The position numbers and the translations under genes are program-made. Shown piece after piece: positions 8,614-19,238 of a stretch of DNA of 64,000 bases; the first letter of the stretch is position 1; each line of letters opens with the position of its first letter. A model generated the notes under the pieces. That model was not told the DNA's origin. It ran no database searches and saw nothing but the letters and a program-made list of their open reading frames with translations. Origin of the DNA: Thermoanaerobaculia bacterium (GTDB lineage: Bacteria > Acidobacteriota > Thermoanaerobaculia > UBA5066); the NCBI GenBank assembly GCA_963719225.1, contig CAVRAY010000001.1, positions 1,696,001-1,760,000 on the forward strand, written 5' to 3'.

Positions 8614-9576
8614 ATGCGCGTCGTCGTGGCTCTCGGGGGAAATGCCCTGCTCCGCAGGGGCGAAGCCATGACGGTGGAGCGTCAGCGCGCGAACGTGCGC
8701 CGGGCCGCCGAGGCGCTGGCGCCGGTCGCCCGGGAGCACGAGCTCGTCATTTCTCATGGAAACGGCCCGCAGGTGGGACTCCTCGCCCTGCAGGCCGAAG
8801 CGGGGAACGACGCGGCGCGCCTTCCGCTGGACGTCCTCGGCGCCCAGACCGAAGGGATGATCGGTTACATGATCGAGCAGGAGCTCGGGAACCTCATGCC
8901 GTTCGAGGTCCCCTTCGCGACGCTTCTGACGATGGTGGAGGTCGATCCCGCCGATCCCGCCTTCGCGAGGCCGGACAAGCCGATCGGCCCGGTCTACATG
9001 GAAGGAGAGGCGCAAAGGCTCGCCAAGGAGCGCGGCTGGACCGTGGCGCGCGACGGCGACGGGTGGCGTCGCGTCGTCGCGTCGCCTCTGCCGAAGAGAA
9101 TCTTCGAGATTCGTCCCGTGAAGTGGCTTCTCGAAAAAGGCACGATCGTGACGTGCGGCGGAGGAGGCGGGATCCCGACGTTCTATGGCGAGGACGGGAA
9201 GCTGCACGGCGTCGAAGCCGTGATCGACAAGGACCGTGCGGCGGCGCTTCTCGCGCAGCAGCTCGAGGCGGACTTCTTCATCATGGCGACGGACGTCCCG
9301 GCGGTCATCGTCGGGTGGGGGACGCCCGACGCGCGGGCCGTGCGCCGGGCCTCGCCTGCGGCGCTCTCCCGCTTCGACTTTGCCTCCGGCTCGATGGGCC
9401 CGAAGGTCGGGGCGGCGAGGGACTTCGCCGAGCGGACCGGCAACACCGCGGCCATCGGCGCGCTCGAGGACATTCCGCGCATCCTCGGCGGCGAGGCGGG
9501 AACGCTCGTCTCGAACGACGTCGCCACGATCGAGTGGGCGCCCACGCAGGGCACGCTCGCCCTCTTCCAGGAATGA
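8614..9576 (+). CDS. arcC: Carbamate kinase
   Basis: '[10 protein letters not shown]', 'SHGNGPQVG', 'KPIGP', 'GVEAVIDKD' and 'GSMGPKV' motifs. Confidence 0.93.
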   Translation: MRVVVALGGNALLRRGEAMTVERQRANVRRAAEALAPVAREHELVISHGNGPQVGLLALQAEAGNDAARLPLDVLGAQTEGMIGYMIEQELGNLMPFEVPFATLLTMVEVDPADPAFARPDKPIGPVYMEGEAQRLAKERGWTVARDGDGWRRVVASPLPKRIFEIRPVKWLLEKGTIVTCGGGGGIPTFYGEDGKLHGVEAVIDKDRAAALLAQQLEADFFIMATDVPAVIVGWGTPDARAVRRASPAALSRFDFASGSMGPKVGAARDFAERTGNTAAIGALEDIPRILGGEAGTLVSNDVATIEWAPTQGTLALFQE

Positions 9577-9589
9577 CGGTGCGCCCGGT

Positions 9590-11938
9590 TCAGCCTTCCC
9601 ACCGCCAGTTCTTCACTTCAGGCAGATCGTCTCCGGCGCGGCGGACCCATTCTTGGTGTTCCGCTCGCTTTGCGACGAGTCGCTCGCGCAGCGCGGCTGC
9701 TCGGTCGATGAGACCCGGGACGCGGTCGATGACGTCCATCGCGAGCCGGAACCGGTCCAAATCGTTCAGGACGCACATGTCGAAGGGCGTCGTCGTCGTG
9801 CCCTCCTCCTTGTAGCCGCGCACGTGCAGGTTGTCGTGGTTCCGGCGCCGGTAGGTGAGCTCGTGAATCAGCGACGGGTAGCCGTGGAACGCGAAGAGGA
9901 TCGGGCGGTCCGTCGTGAAGAGGCGGTCGAACTCCGCGTCGGAGAGGCCGTGCGGGTGCTCGGACGGGGGCTGGAGGCGCATGAGGTCGACGACGTTCAC
10001 GAACCGGACGCGAAGGTCGGGCAGCTCGCGCCGGAGGATCGACACGGCGGCGAGCGCTTCGAGCGTGGGAACGTCGCCTGCGGCGGCCACGACGACGTCC
10101 GGGGCGCCGTCGTGGCTCGCCCATTCCCACACGCCGATGCCCGCCGCGGCGTGCCGGGACGCGGCTTCCATGTCCAGCCACTGGGGGGCGGGCTGCTTGC
10201 CTGCGACGACGACGTTGACGTAATGGCGGCTTCGAAGGCAGTGGTCGGTCACGGAGAGGAGCGTGTTCGCATCCGCGGGAAGGTAGATGCGGATCACCTC
10301 TGCCTTCTTGTTCGCGACGTGGTCGAGGAAGCCCGGGTCCTGGTGCGAGAACCCGTTGTGGTCCTGGCGCCAGACGTGCGACGACAGGAGGATGTTGAGC
10401 GAGGCGATCGGCTTCCGCCACGGAATCCGGCGCGTCGACTTCAGCCATTTCGCGTGCTGATTGAACATCGCGTCGACGATGTGGATGAACGCCTCGTAGC
10501 AGGCGAAGAAGCCGTGCCGGCCCGTGAGGAGATAGCCCTCGAGCCAGCCTTCGCACTGGTGCTCGGAGAGCATCTCGAGGACGCGCCCGTCGGCCGAGAG
10601 GTTCTCGTCGGTCGGCAGGATTTCGGCGACGGACATCCGGTCCGTGACCTGGAAAACGTCTCCCCAGCGGTTGGACTCCGCCTCGTCCGGGGAGAAGAGC
10701 CGGAAATTCTGCGCTGCGGCATTGCGCTCGAGGGTGTCCCGCAGGAAGCGGCCCATGACACGTGTCGCCTCGGCGTCCACGCCGCCGGGTTTCGCGACCG
10801 CGACGGCGTACGAACGGAAGTCGGGCAGGTCGAGATCCCGAAGCAGGATTCCGCCGTTCGCGTGCGGGTTCGCCCCCATCCGCCTTTCCCCCTTCGGTGC
10901 GAGCGCGCGTAACTCCGGCCGCAGGCGGCCGGTCTCGTCGAAGAGCTCCCCGGGCCGGTAACTCCGCATCCAGTCCTCGAGGAGGCGCAGGTGCTCGGGG
11001 TTCTCGCGGATCTTGTCGAGAGGCACCTGGTGCGCCCGCCACGTGCCCTCGACGGGCTTGCCGTCCACCACCTTCGGGCCCGTCCACCCTTTCGGCGAGA
11101 CGAGGACGATCACCGGCCAGCGCGGCCGCCCGGCCTTCCCCGACGCGCGCGCACGCGTCTGGACGTCCCGGATGACGTCGAGCGCCCGGTCGAGGGTGTC
11201 TGCCATCAGCCGATGCATCGTCCGCGGGTCGCTGCCTTCGACGAAGAGGGGGTCCCAACCGCAGCCACGCAGGAGGTCGGCGAGCTCGTCGCGGGGGATG
11301 CGCGCGAGGACCGTCGCGCTCGCGATCTTGTAGCCGTTCAAATGGAGCACGGGGAGAACCGCGCCGTCGCGCACCGGGTTCAGGAACTTGTTCGAGTGCC
11401 AGCTCGTCGCCAGCGGTCCGGTCTCCGCCTCGCCGTCTCCGACGACGCAAGCGACGAGAAGGCCGGGGTTGTCGAACGCAGCGCCGAACGCGTGCGAAAG
11501 CGAGTATCCGAGCTCGCCGCCCTCGTGGATGGAGCCGGGCGTTTCCGGGGCGACGTGGCTCGGCACGCCGCCGGGGAAGGAGAACTGCTTGAAGAGGCGG
11601 CGCATCCCCTCCTCGTCCTCGGAGACGTGCGGGTAGACCTCGCTGTACGTGCCCTCGAGGTACGTGTTCGCGACGAGCGCGGGCCCGCCGTGGCCCGGGC
11701 CTGCGATGTAAACGACCGACAGGTCGCGCTCGACGATCGCGCGGTTGAGGTGGGCATAGATGAAGTTCAGGCCCGGCGTCGTGCCCCAATGCCCGAGAAG
11801 CCGCGGCTTGACGTGCTCGAGGACGAGCGAGGACTTCAGGAGCGGATTGTCCATGAGGTAGATCTGGCCGACGGAGAGGTAGTTCGCGGCGCGCCAGTAA
11901 GCGTCCATCCTCGAGAGGAGGTCCTCGGGTGGGCTCAT
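9590..11938 (-). CDS. xfp: Xylulose-5-P/fructose-6-P phosphoketolase
   Basis: 'LGHWGTTPG', '[11 protein letters not shown]', 'GDGEAETG' and '[12 protein letters not shown]' motifs. Confidence 0.96.
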   Translation of the reverse strand: MSPPEDLLSRMDAYWRAANYLSVGQIYLMDNPLLKSSLVLEHVKPRLLGHWGTTPGLNFIYAHLNRAIVERDLSVVYIAGPGHGGPALVANTYLEGTYSEVYPHVSEDEEGMRRLFKQFSFPGGVPSHVAPETPGSIHEGGELGYSLSHAFGAAFDNPGLLVACVVGDGEAETGPLATSWHSNKFLNPVRDGAVLPVLHLNGYKIASATVLARIPRDELADLLRGCGWDPLFVEGSDPRTMHRLMADTLDRALDVIRDVQTRARASGKAGRPRWPVIVLVSPKGWTGPKVVDGKPVEGTWRAHQVPLDKIRENPEHLRLLEDWMRSYRPGELFDETGRLRPELRALAPKGERRMGANPHANGGILLRDLDLPDFRSYAVAVAKPGGVDAEATRVMGRFLRDTLERNAAAQNFRLFSPDEAESNRWGDVFQVTDRMSVAEILPTDENLSADGRVLEMLSEHQCEGWLEGYLLTGRHGFFACYEAFIHIVDAMFNQHAKWLKSTRRIPWRKPIASLNILLSSHVWRQDHNGFSHQDPGFLDHVANKKAEVIRIYLPADANTLLSVTDHCLRSRHYVNVVVAGKQPAPQWLDMEAASRHAAAGIGVWEWASHDGAPDVVVAAAGDVPTLEALAAVSILRRELPDLRVRFVNVVDLMRLQPPSEHPHGLSDAEFDRLFTTDRPILFAFHGYPSLIHELTYRRRNHDNLHVRGYKEEGTTTTPFDMCVLNDLDRFRLAMDVIDRVPGLIDRAAALRERLVAKRAEHQEWVRRAGDDLPEVKNWRWEG

Positions 11939-13038
11939 TTGCCGGGTGTCCTGTCGCGAACGACGGCGAGCGTGTGGTTGGCGATGACGTGCTCCTCGTC
12001 CGTTGGAATGACGAACGTCTTGACGCGCGCTCCCGGCGCGCCGATTCGAAGGTCGTTTCGGCGATTCGCCTCCCCGTCGACGCTCACGCCGAGGAATGAG
12101 AGGCCGTCCGCGATACGCCGTCGCGTCTCCGGCTGATTCTCGCCGATCCCTGCGGTGAAGACGAGACCGTCCAGGCCTCCGAGGGCGGCTGCCATGGCCG
12201 CAACCTGCTTGACGGCGGTGTAGACGAAGACGTCGGCGGCGAGCCGGGCGGAGGGCGTTCCGGCGGCGAGGATTTCGCGCAGGTCGCCGCTCGCCTCTGA
12301 AAGCGCGAGCAGGCCCGACTCCTTCCAGAGTAGGCGTTCGATCCGTTCCCTGTCCCAGCCCTGGCCGAGGAGCCAGAGGACGACGCCGGCGTCGAGGGAA
12401 CCCGGGCGCGTCGACATGACGAGTCCGTCGAGCGCCGTGAACGTCATCGTGGAGTCCACGCTCTTCCCGTTTCGGAGGGCGCAGAGGCTCGCACCATTGC
12501 CGAGGTGGGCGACGACGACGCGTCCCTCGGCGACCTCTGGATCCAGCTGCGCAAGGCGGGCCGCGACGTACTCGTACGACAGGCCGTGGAAGCCGTAGCG
12601 GCGGACGCCGGCCTCGCGGAGCGCCCGGGGCAGGGCCACGGCATCGGCGACTTCCGGGTGGCCGCGATGGAACGAGGTGTCGAAGCAGGCCACGTGAAGG
12701 GCGGAGGGAAAGCGGGTGCGCGCGGCGCGCAGCGCGGCGAGGCTCCGGGGCTGGTGAACCGGATCGAGAGGGACGAGACGTTCGAGAGCCGCGAGAACCC
12801 GATCGTCGATGGGTGTCGGCTCGAGAAAATCCGCCCCGCCGTGGACGACCCGGTGGCCGACGGCGGAGGGGCCCTGGCCGTCGAGATGACCCTCTAGTAT
12901 TTTCGCGACCGGATCGATCGAGTTGCCGTCGGCGCCACCCCGGACGAGGGCGGTCAGCGTGCCGTCGCTCTCGGCCCGATACACGGCGTACTTCAGGGTG
13001 GACGAACCGGCGTTGAGGACGAAGAGCGGGGAGGGCAC
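11935..13038 (-). CDS. ackA: Acetate kinase
   Basis: 'LNAGSSTLK', 'GHRVVHGG', 'RRYGFHGLS', 'FTAGIGEN' and 'IPTDEE' motifs. Coupled to xfp. Confidence 0.93.
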   Translation of the reverse strand: MPSPLFVLNAGSSTLKYAVYRAESDGTLTALVRGGADGNSIDPVAKILEGHLDGQGPSAVGHRVVHGGADFLEPTPIDDRVLAALERLVPLDPVHQPRSLAALRAARTRFPSALHVACFDTSFHRGHPEVADAVALPRALREAGVRRYGFHGLSYEYVAARLAQLDPEVAEGRVVVAHLGNGASLCALRNGKSVDSTMTFTALDGLVMSTRPGSLDAGVVLWLLGQGWDRERIERLLWKESGLLALSEASGDLREILAAGTPSARLAADVFVYTAVKQVAAMAAALGGLDGLVFTAGIGENQPETRRRIADGLSFLGVSVDGEANRRNDLRIGAPGARVKTFVIPTDEEHVIANHTLAVVRDRTPGK

Positions 13039-13057
13039 CCTTCGGATTATGGGGCGC

Positions 13058-13107
13058 TTGACTCTCTGCCGCGGCGCGCCTACGCTACTGAGTGATGGCT
13101 CACTCAG
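13058..13107 (+). promoter_or_regulatory. Sigma70 promoter with overlapping TetR/FadR operator
   Basis: TTGACT (13058-63), 17 nt, TACGCT (13081-86). Perfect inverted repeat CTGAGTGA-TGGC-TCACTCAG (13088-13107) lies over the start codon. Confidence 0.75.
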
Positions 13108-13916
13108 CGGGCCGTGACGCGCTCCCCGAGCCGGCCCTCGCGGCCGGGGGGGAGGAGCGTTCTCCCGCCGGGGCGGATCCCGAAAAGCGCCGGCGCATCC
13201 TGGACGCCGCCGTCCGGACGTTCGGCCGGCGGGGATTCCACGAGGCCCGAATCGCGGAGATCGCGGCCGCGGCGAAGGTGGCCGAGGGCACCGTCTACCT
13301 CTATTTCCGCAACAAGGAGGACCTCCTCGGCGTCGTCTTCGACGAGTCGATGGACGAGGTCCTCGAGAAGGGGCGCGCGCTCGCGCGCACGAAAGGTCCG
13401 GCCGGAGAGCGGCTCACGGCGCTCGTGGACCTCCATCTCCAGTTCATCGGATCGGACCGCGATCTCGCGTCCGTTTTCCAGATCGAGCTGAGGCGGAGCG
13501 CGCGGCTCGTCGAACGCTTCTCGCGCAGCAAGCTCGTCGAGTATTTCCGCCTCCTCGGCGACGTCCTGCGCGACGGCATCGCGCGCGGCGAGTTCCGCAA
13601 GGATCTCGATCCGCGCCTCGCCGTCAGGATCCTCTTTGGCGCCGCGGACGAAATCCTCTCGGAGTGGCTGCTGTCGGGGGAGAAGAAGCCGATCGCGGAT
13701 GCACGTCAACTGGTGGGAACGCTTTTAGACGGGTTTGCTGATGAAGATTCTTTGAAAAGGAAGACTTCAGCGGGCGAGGCCCGGGCGCGCCGAAAAACGC
13801 AGCAGCTTCCCGGCGCGCACCCTCGAAATTCACCCTTCAAAGCACGCGCCGAAGGCGCGAACAGCGGCACGCGAAACGACAACATCGCCCTCAGGCGCAG
13901 GAGCAAACCCCAGTGA
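13092..13916 (+). CDS. TetR-family regulator, FadR(YsiA)-like, with a C-terminal extension of about 60 aa
   Basis: HTH 'IAEIAAAAKVAEGTVYLYFRNKEDLL'. First gene of the beta-oxidation operon. Confidence 0.88.
   Translation: MMAHSAGRDALPEPALAAGGEERSPAGADPEKRRRILDAAVRTFGRRGFHEARIAEIAAAAKVAEGTVYLYFRNKEDLLGVVFDESMDEVLEKGRALARTKGPAGERLTALVDLHLQFIGSDRDLASVFQIELRRSARLVERFSRSKLVEYFRLLGDVLRDGIARGEFRKDLDPRLAVRILFGAADEILSEWLLSGEKKPIADARQLVGTLLDGFADEDSLKRKTSAGEARARRKTQQLPGAHPRNSPFKARAEGANSGTRNDNIALRRRSKPQ
13743..13859. repeat. Paired dispersed motif, locus 4 (TetR C-terminal extension)
   Basis: Plus copy GAAGATTCTTTGAAAAGGAAG. Minus copy GCTTTGAAGGGTGAA. Confidence 0.65.
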
Positions 13917-15169
13917 GCAAAACCGCATACGTCGTTCACGGAGCCCGGACGCCCTACGCGCGCGCCGGCACCGACTTCGCTGGCGTGTCGGCCGTCGACC
14001 TCGGCCGCACGGCCGCCGTCGAGGCGATGGCCCGCGCGGACGTCGAGCCCGCCGCGATCGACCAGGTCATCTTCGGCAACATCGCGACGCCCGTCGATGC
14101 CGCGAACATCGCGCGCATCATCGCGCTCCGCGCGGGGGTGCCGAAGGAGAAGCCGGCGCACTCGGTCTCGCGCAACTGCGCCTCCGGCATCGAGTCCGTC
14201 GTCGAGGCCGCGCGCCTCATCGCGACGGGCGAGGCGGAAGTCCTCCTCGCGGGCGGCGTCGAGAACATGACGCAGATACCGTTCCTCTACCGCGAGGGCG
14301 TCAAGGAAGTCTTCACGAAAGCCGGCATGTCGAAGACGGCGGGCGAAAAGGTGTCGGCGCTCTCGAAGATGCCCTGGAAGGACCTCTTCAACCCCGTGAT
14401 CGGCCTCAAGCAGGGCCTGACGGACCCCGTGTGCGACCTCGGCATGGGGGACACCGCCGAGATCCTCGCGAAGGAGGGGCACATCACGCGCGAGGCGCAG
14501 GACGCCTTCGCGCTGCGCTCGCACCACCGCGCCACGGCGGGACGTGCGCGCCTGGCCGAGGAGATCGTGCCGGTACCGGTCCCGCCGGACTACGACCGCG
14601 TCCTCACGATCGACAACGGCGTGCGCGAGAACCAGACGATGGAGGCTCTCGCGAAGCTGAAGCCCTTCTTCGACCGGAAGTTCGGAACGGTCACGGCGGG
14701 CAACTCGTCCCAGATCACGGACGGCGGCGCGGCCGTCGTCGTCGCCTCCGAGGAATACGTGACGAAGCATGGGTTGAAGCCTCTCGGCCGGATCACCGGC
14801 TGGGGCTTCGCGGGCCTCGAGCCCGAGCGCATGGGTCTCGGGCCGTCGCGCTCGACGCCGATCGCGCTGAAGCGGGCCGGCCTCTCGATGAAGGACGTCG
14901 GCCTCGTCGAGATCAACGAGGCGTTCGCCGCGCAGGTCCTCGCGAATCTCGACGCGTTCGCGAAGTCTCCCGAGCTCGGAGAGATCGCGGACGAGAACCT
15001 CAACGTGAACGGCGGCGCGATCGCACTCGGTCACCCGGTCGGAAGCTCGGGCACGCGCCTCATCCTGACGCTCCTGCTCGAGATGCGCCGCCGCAAGGTC
15101 GCGCACGGCCTCGCGACGCTCTGCGTCGGGGGCGGGCAGGGCGCGTCGATCCTCCTGGAGGCGGTCTGA
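13913..15169 (+). CDS. Acetyl-CoA C-acyltransferase (thiolase, FadI/FadA-like)
   Basis: 'RNCASG', 'NEAFA', 'GGAIALGHPVG' and 'LCVGGGQG' motifs. Confidence 0.93.
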   Translation: MSKTAYVVHGARTPYARAGTDFAGVSAVDLGRTAAVEAMARADVEPAAIDQVIFGNIATPVDAANIARIIALRAGVPKEKPAHSVSRNCASGIESVVEAARLIATGEAEVLLAGGVENMTQIPFLYREGVKEVFTKAGMSKTAGEKVSALSKMPWKDLFNPVIGLKQGLTDPVCDLGMGDTAEILAKEGHITREAQDAFALRSHHRATAGRARLAEEIVPVPVPPDYDRVLTIDNGVRENQTMEALAKLKPFFDRKFGTVTAGNSSQITDGGAAVVVASEEYVTKHGLKPLGRITGWGFAGLEPERMGLGPSRSTPIALKRAGLSMKDVGLVEINEAFAAQVLANLDAFAKSPELGEIADENLNVNGGAIALGHPVGSSGTRLILTLLLEMRRRKVAHGLATLCVGGGQGASILLEAV

Positions 15170-17388
15170 TGTCCACGCTCGTCGACGAATCGATTCCTGC
15201 CACGGCACCGGCCGGCTCGCTTTCGCCCTTTCGGCTCTCGGTCGAGCCGGACGGCCTCGCGCTTCTCGTCTTCGACACGCCCGGCGAAAAGGTGAACAAG
15301 TTCTCGACGGCGGTGATGAGGGAATTCGAGCGCGTGATCGACGGCCTCGCGGCGCGCACCGACGTGAGGGCGCTCCTCCTTCTCTCGGCGAAGCCGGGGA
15401 TCTTCATCGCCGGCGCGGACGTGAACGAGATCGCGAAGGCCGACCAGAACGCGGACCCGGAGATGATCCGGGGCGGCCACCGGACGTTCAACAAGCTCGC
15501 GAACCTGCCGTATCCCACGGTCGCCGCGATCAGCGGCGCCTGCGTGGGCGGCGGCTGCGAGACGGCTCTTTCGATGGACTGGCGGCTCGCGTCCGACTCG
15601 CCGAAGACCCAGATCGGCCTTCCGGAGGTCAAACTGGGCATCCTGCCGGCGTGGGGCGGCACGACGCGCCTTCCGCGCATGATCGGCCTCGCGAACGCCA
15701 TCGACGTCATTCTCGGGGGGAAGGTCCTCGACGCGAAGCGGGCGAAGAAAATCGGCCTCGTGGATGAGGTCGTCCCGGAGGCGATCCTCGAGGAGTGGGC
15801 GAAGTCGTTCGCGCGCGGGAAGTTTGGGAGCCGGAAACGCTCGAACGCGGGCGCGGGCGGCGCTCCGGCGCGCGTGCGCGAGCCGAAGCTGACGGAGAAG
15901 CTCCTCGAGGGGCCGGGCAAGGGCCTCGTCTTCTCGAAGGCGCGCCAGGCGGTCCTGAAGGAGACGAAGGGCCATTATCCGGCGCCGCTCACGGCGCTCG
16001 GCGTCGTCGAGAAGGGGTTCGGCGAAGACTTCACGAAGGCGCTCGAGCTCGAGGTCGAAGGGGTCGGATCGCTCATCGGCACGCCGGTCATGCGCAGTCT
16101 CATGGGCCTTTTCTTCCGGATGGAAGAGGTCAAGAAGGAGACGGGCGTCGAGGCTCTCGGGGCGCCGGGGGCCGGCGTCAAGCCGCGGAAGATCGTGCGC
16201 GTGGGCGTCCTCGGCGCCGGCGTCATGGGAGGCGGCATCGCCCAGCTCGCGGCCGACAAGGGCTATCCGACGCGCATGAAGGACATCAAGGCCGATGCGC
16301 TGGCGCTGGGATTCGCGCAGGCGGCGCGCATCTGGAAGGAGCAGCTCAAGAAGCGCCGCATGACCCGCGCCGATTTCGCGAGGAAGATGGCGTTCCTCAG
16401 CGGGTCGCTCGAGTACGCGGGCTTCGAGGGCTGCGACATCACGATCGAGGCGGTCCTCGAGAAAATGACCGTCAAGCAGGCGGTCCTCGCGGACTGGGAG
16501 CGCGTCGCACCGGCGAACGCGATTTTCGCCTCCAACACCTCGACTCTTCCGATCACCGAGATCGCGTCGAAGGCGGCGCACCCCGAGCGCGTCGTGGGAA
16601 TGCACTTCTTCAATCCGGTGAACAAGATGCCTCTCGTCGAGGTCATCTACGGCGCGAAGACCGACCCCGAGGTGACGGCGACGATCTTCGACCTCGCGAA
16701 GAAGCTGGGGAAGACGCCGGTCGTCGTGAAGGACTCGCCCGGCTTCCTCGTGAACCGCATCCTCAGCCCCTACATCGGCGAATCGGTGCGTCTCCTCGTC
16801 GAAGGCAACTCCATGGAGTCCGTCGACAAGGCGATGCGGACCTTCGGGATGCCGGTCGGACCGATCGAGCTCCTCGACGACGTCGGAATCGACGTCGCGG
16901 CGAAAGCCGGCGGGACCATGGCGGCCGCGTTCCCGGAGCGCATGCCCGCGGACCCGGCACTCGAGAAGCTCGTCGAAGCCGGGCGGCTCGGGCGGAAGGC
17001 GAAGAAGGGATTTTATTTCTACGAAAGGGAAAGAAGGGGTGGCCCGGACCCGAACGCGTATCGCGATCTCGGCCTCTCAACACCTTCTAAGAATCTGAAT
17101 CTTTCTTCTTCCGTGATCCAGGAGCGTCTCGTCCTTCCCATGATCAACGAAGCCGCGTTCTGCCTGTCCGAGGGCATCGTCGCGAGCCCCGCGAAGCTCG
17201 ACTTGGCGATGATCTTCGGCACGGGCTTCCCGCCCTTCCGCGGTGGCCTGTGCGCATACGCGGACTCGCTGGGCGCCAGGGCGGTCGTCGAGGGCCTCGA
17301 GAAGCTCGCGAGGGTAAAGGGCGAACGCTTCAGCCCGGCCCCGCGCCTCGTCGACATGGCAAGACAAGGGAAGAGGTTCTTCGAATGA
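15169..17388 (+). CDS. fadJ: Fatty-acid oxidation complex alpha subunit (enoyl-CoA hydratase + 3-hydroxyacyl-CoA dehydrogenase, FadJ-like)
   Basis: Start ATG 15169 (TGATG overlap). 'FIAGAD', 'GLPEVKLG', 'GAGVMGGGIA' and 'GMHFFNPV' motifs. Confidence 0.9.
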   Translation: MSTLVDESIPATAPAGSLSPFRLSVEPDGLALLVFDTPGEKVNKFSTAVMREFERVIDGLAARTDVRALLLLSAKPGIFIAGADVNEIAKADQNADPEMIRGGHRTFNKLANLPYPTVAAISGACVGGGCETALSMDWRLASDSPKTQIGLPEVKLGILPAWGGTTRLPRMIGLANAIDVILGGKVLDAKRAKKIGLVDEVVPEAILEEWAKSFARGKFGSRKRSNAGAGGAPARVREPKLTEKLLEGPGKGLVFSKARQAVLKETKGHYPAPLTALGVVEKGFGEDFTKALELEVEGVGSLIGTPVMRSLMGLFFRMEEVKKETGVEALGAPGAGVKPRKIVRVGVLGAGVMGGGIAQLAADKGYPTRMKDIKADALALGFAQAARIWKEQLKKRRMTRADFARKMAFLSGSLEYAGFEGCDITIEAVLEKMTVKQAVLADWERVAPANAIFASNTSTLPITEIASKAAHPERVVGMHFFNPVNKMPLVEVIYGAKTDPEVTATIFDLAKKLGKTPVVVKDSPGFLVNRILSPYIGESVRLLVEGNSMESVDKAMRTFGMPVGPIELLDDVGIDVAAKAGGTMAAAFPERMPADPALEKLVEAGRLGRKAKKGFYFYERERRGGPDPNAYRDLGLSTPSKNLNLSSSVIQERLVLPMINEAAFCLSEGIVASPAKLDLAMIFGTGFPPFRGGLCAYADSLGARAVVEGLEKLARVKGERFSPAPRLVDMARQGKRFFE
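17001..17110. repeat. Paired dispersed motif, locus 5 (fadJ)
   Basis: Plus copy ATTTCTACGAAAGGGAAAG. Minus copy AGATTCTTAGAAGGTG (core 17085-17093). Confidence 0.72.
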
Positions 17389-17430
17389 GGGAGACCGGGG
17401 TTTTCTTCTATTCACTTTCTAAGAAATTCT
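17370..17430. repeat. Paired dispersed motif, locus 6 (fadJ end / intergenic)
   Basis: Plus copy GAGGTTCTTCGAATGAGG. Minus copy AATTTCTTAGAAAGTGAATAG. Confidence 0.7.
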
Positions 17431-17453
17431 GATTTGTGCTGAGGGGAGCCGTC

Positions 17454-19238
17454 ATGTCCACAGTCAAAGAATCGACGACCGTCAAGTCCGAGCACGTCGA
17501 GGTCGAGTCGTTCCTGAAGACTCTCTTCCAGGGGCACATCGCGGAAGATCTCGTCTTTCCGTTCCCCGAGATCCCGCAGGACGTGAAGGAGACCGTGGAG
17601 GCGTTTGCGAGCGCCTACACGGAATTCGACGCGGCCAACCTCGATTCCGAGAAGATGGACGCCGCGCACTTCTTTCCGCGCGAGGCGGTCAAGGCCATGG
17701 GCGAGCTCGGCGTCCTCGGCATGACGATTCCCGAGGAGTACGGCGGCAGCGGCTTTTCGTCGGCTGCGTACTGCCGGATGACCGAGACGATCGCGCCCCT
17801 CGACGCGTCGGCCTCGATCGTCGTCGGCGCCCACCAATCCATCGGGCTCAAGCCCCTTCTCCTCTTTGGAAATGACGAACAGAAGAAGAAGTGGCTGCCC
17901 GACCTCGCGAGCGGAAAGATGGTCGCGGCTTTCTGCCTCACGGAGCCGGAAGCCGGCTCGGACGCGGGCTCGCTCCGGACGACGGCCGCCTACGATCCGT
18001 CGACGAATACGTACGTTCTCAACGGCACGAAGCAGTGGATCTCCAACGGCGGATTCGCGCGCTTCTTCTCGGTGTTCGCGCGAATTCCTTCCGGCACGCC
18101 CGAAAAGGACAAGCACAAGGAGATCGCCTGCTTCGCGGTCGTCGCGAACGAGGACGGCACGCTGCCCGGCCTCTCGCGCGGCGCCGAGGAGAAGAAGCTC
18201 GGCCTCTGCGCTTCGTCGACCTGCCAGATCATCTTCGAGAACTGCCGGATCCCGGCCGGGAACCTCATCGGAGAAAAGGGCCATGGCTTCAAGGTCGCCG
18301 TGGAGACGCTGAACACGGGCCGCACGTCGCTCGGCGCCGGCTCGGTCGGCGGCTCGAAGATGATGCTCAGGCTCGCGGTCGCGCACGCGACGCAGCGCAA
18401 GCAGTTCAAGACCCGCGTCGCCGATTTCGAGATGATCCGCCACAAGATCACGCGCATGGCGGCGACGACGTACGCGCTCGAGTCGATGGTCTACCTGACG
18501 GCCGGGCTCGTGGACAAGGGCATCGGCGACTACTCGCTCGAGGGCGCCTGCTGCAAGGTCTTCGGCACCGAGGTGCTCTGGCAGAACATCAACGACGGCC
18601 TTCAGATCGCCGGCGGCAACGGCTTCATGAACGAGTACCCGTACGGCCGCGCGCTTCGTGACAGTCGCATCAACATGATCTTCGAGGGCACGAACGAGAT
18701 CCTGCGCCTTCTGCTGGCCCTCTCGGGCATGAAGGAGCTCGGCGATTCGCTGAAGGAGGTCCAGGGCGCCTTGAAGAGCCCGCTGGCACAGCGCGGCGTT
18801 CTCACCGAGTACGCGCACAAGCGGCTCAAGGGCGTCATCACGCACGACAAGCTGACGAAGGTGCATCCCTCTCTCGCGCCCGAGGCGGACCAGGTCGGGC
18901 GGTACGCGGGCGTCTTCGCGAACGCGTGCGAGACGATCCTGCGCAAGCACGGGAAGAAGGTCGTGGACAAGGAATACCATCAGGAGCGACTCGCCGACGT
19001 CCTCATCGACCTCTTCGCGCAGATCGCGACACTTTCGCGTGTGACGGCCTCGATCGCGAAGAGGGGCGAGGAGAAAGCCGCGGGGGAGATCGAGATCGCG
19101 CGCTGGTTCTGCCGCGAGGCCAGGCACCGCATGGTCGGGAATCTCAAGGCTCTCGACAAGAACCGCGACGCCGACTGCACGTCCATCAGCGACCGCGTGT
19201 ACGAGGCGGGCGGCTATCCCTACGACTTGTGGTCCTAG
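17454..19238 (+). CDS. Acyl-CoA dehydrogenase (long form, VLCAD/ACAD9-like)
   Basis: 'FCLTEPEAGSD', 'LNGTKQWISNG' and 'IFEGTNEI' motifs. RBS GGGGAG precedes ATG 17454. Confidence 0.92.
   Translation: MSTVKESTTVKSEHVEVESFLKTLFQGHIAEDLVFPFPEIPQDVKETVEAFASAYTEFDAANLDSEKMDAAHFFPREAVKAMGELGVLGMTIPEEYGGSGFSSAAYCRMTETIAPLDASASIVVGAHQSIGLKPLLLFGNDEQKKKWLPDLASGKMVAAFCLTEPEAGSDAGSLRTTAAYDPSTNTYVLNGTKQWISNGGFARFFSVFARIPSGTPEKDKHKEIACFAVVANEDGTLPGLSRGAEEKKLGLCASSTCQIIFENCRIPAGNLIGEKGHGFKVAVETLNTGRTSLGAGSVGGSKMMLRLAVAHATQRKQFKTRVADFEMIRHKITRMAATTYALESMVYLTAGLVDKGIGDYSLEGACCKVFGTEVLWQNINDGLQIAGGNGFMNEYPYGRALRDSRINMIFEGTNEILRLLLALSGMKELGDSLKEVQGALKSPLAQRGVLTEYAHKRLKGVITHDKLTKVHPSLAPEADQVGRYAGVFANACETILRKHGKKVVDKEYHQERLADVLIDLFAQIATLSRVTASIAKRGEEKAAGEIEIARWFCREARHRMVGNLKALDKNRDADCTSISDRVYEAGGYPYDLWS

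Noticed and set aside
12885-12905. Possible additional motif copy (minus strand AAATACTAGAGGGTCA) in ackA, plus weak copies near 2116-2140 and 38600-38626
   Set aside because: Too degenerate and unpaired to count without a PWM score.
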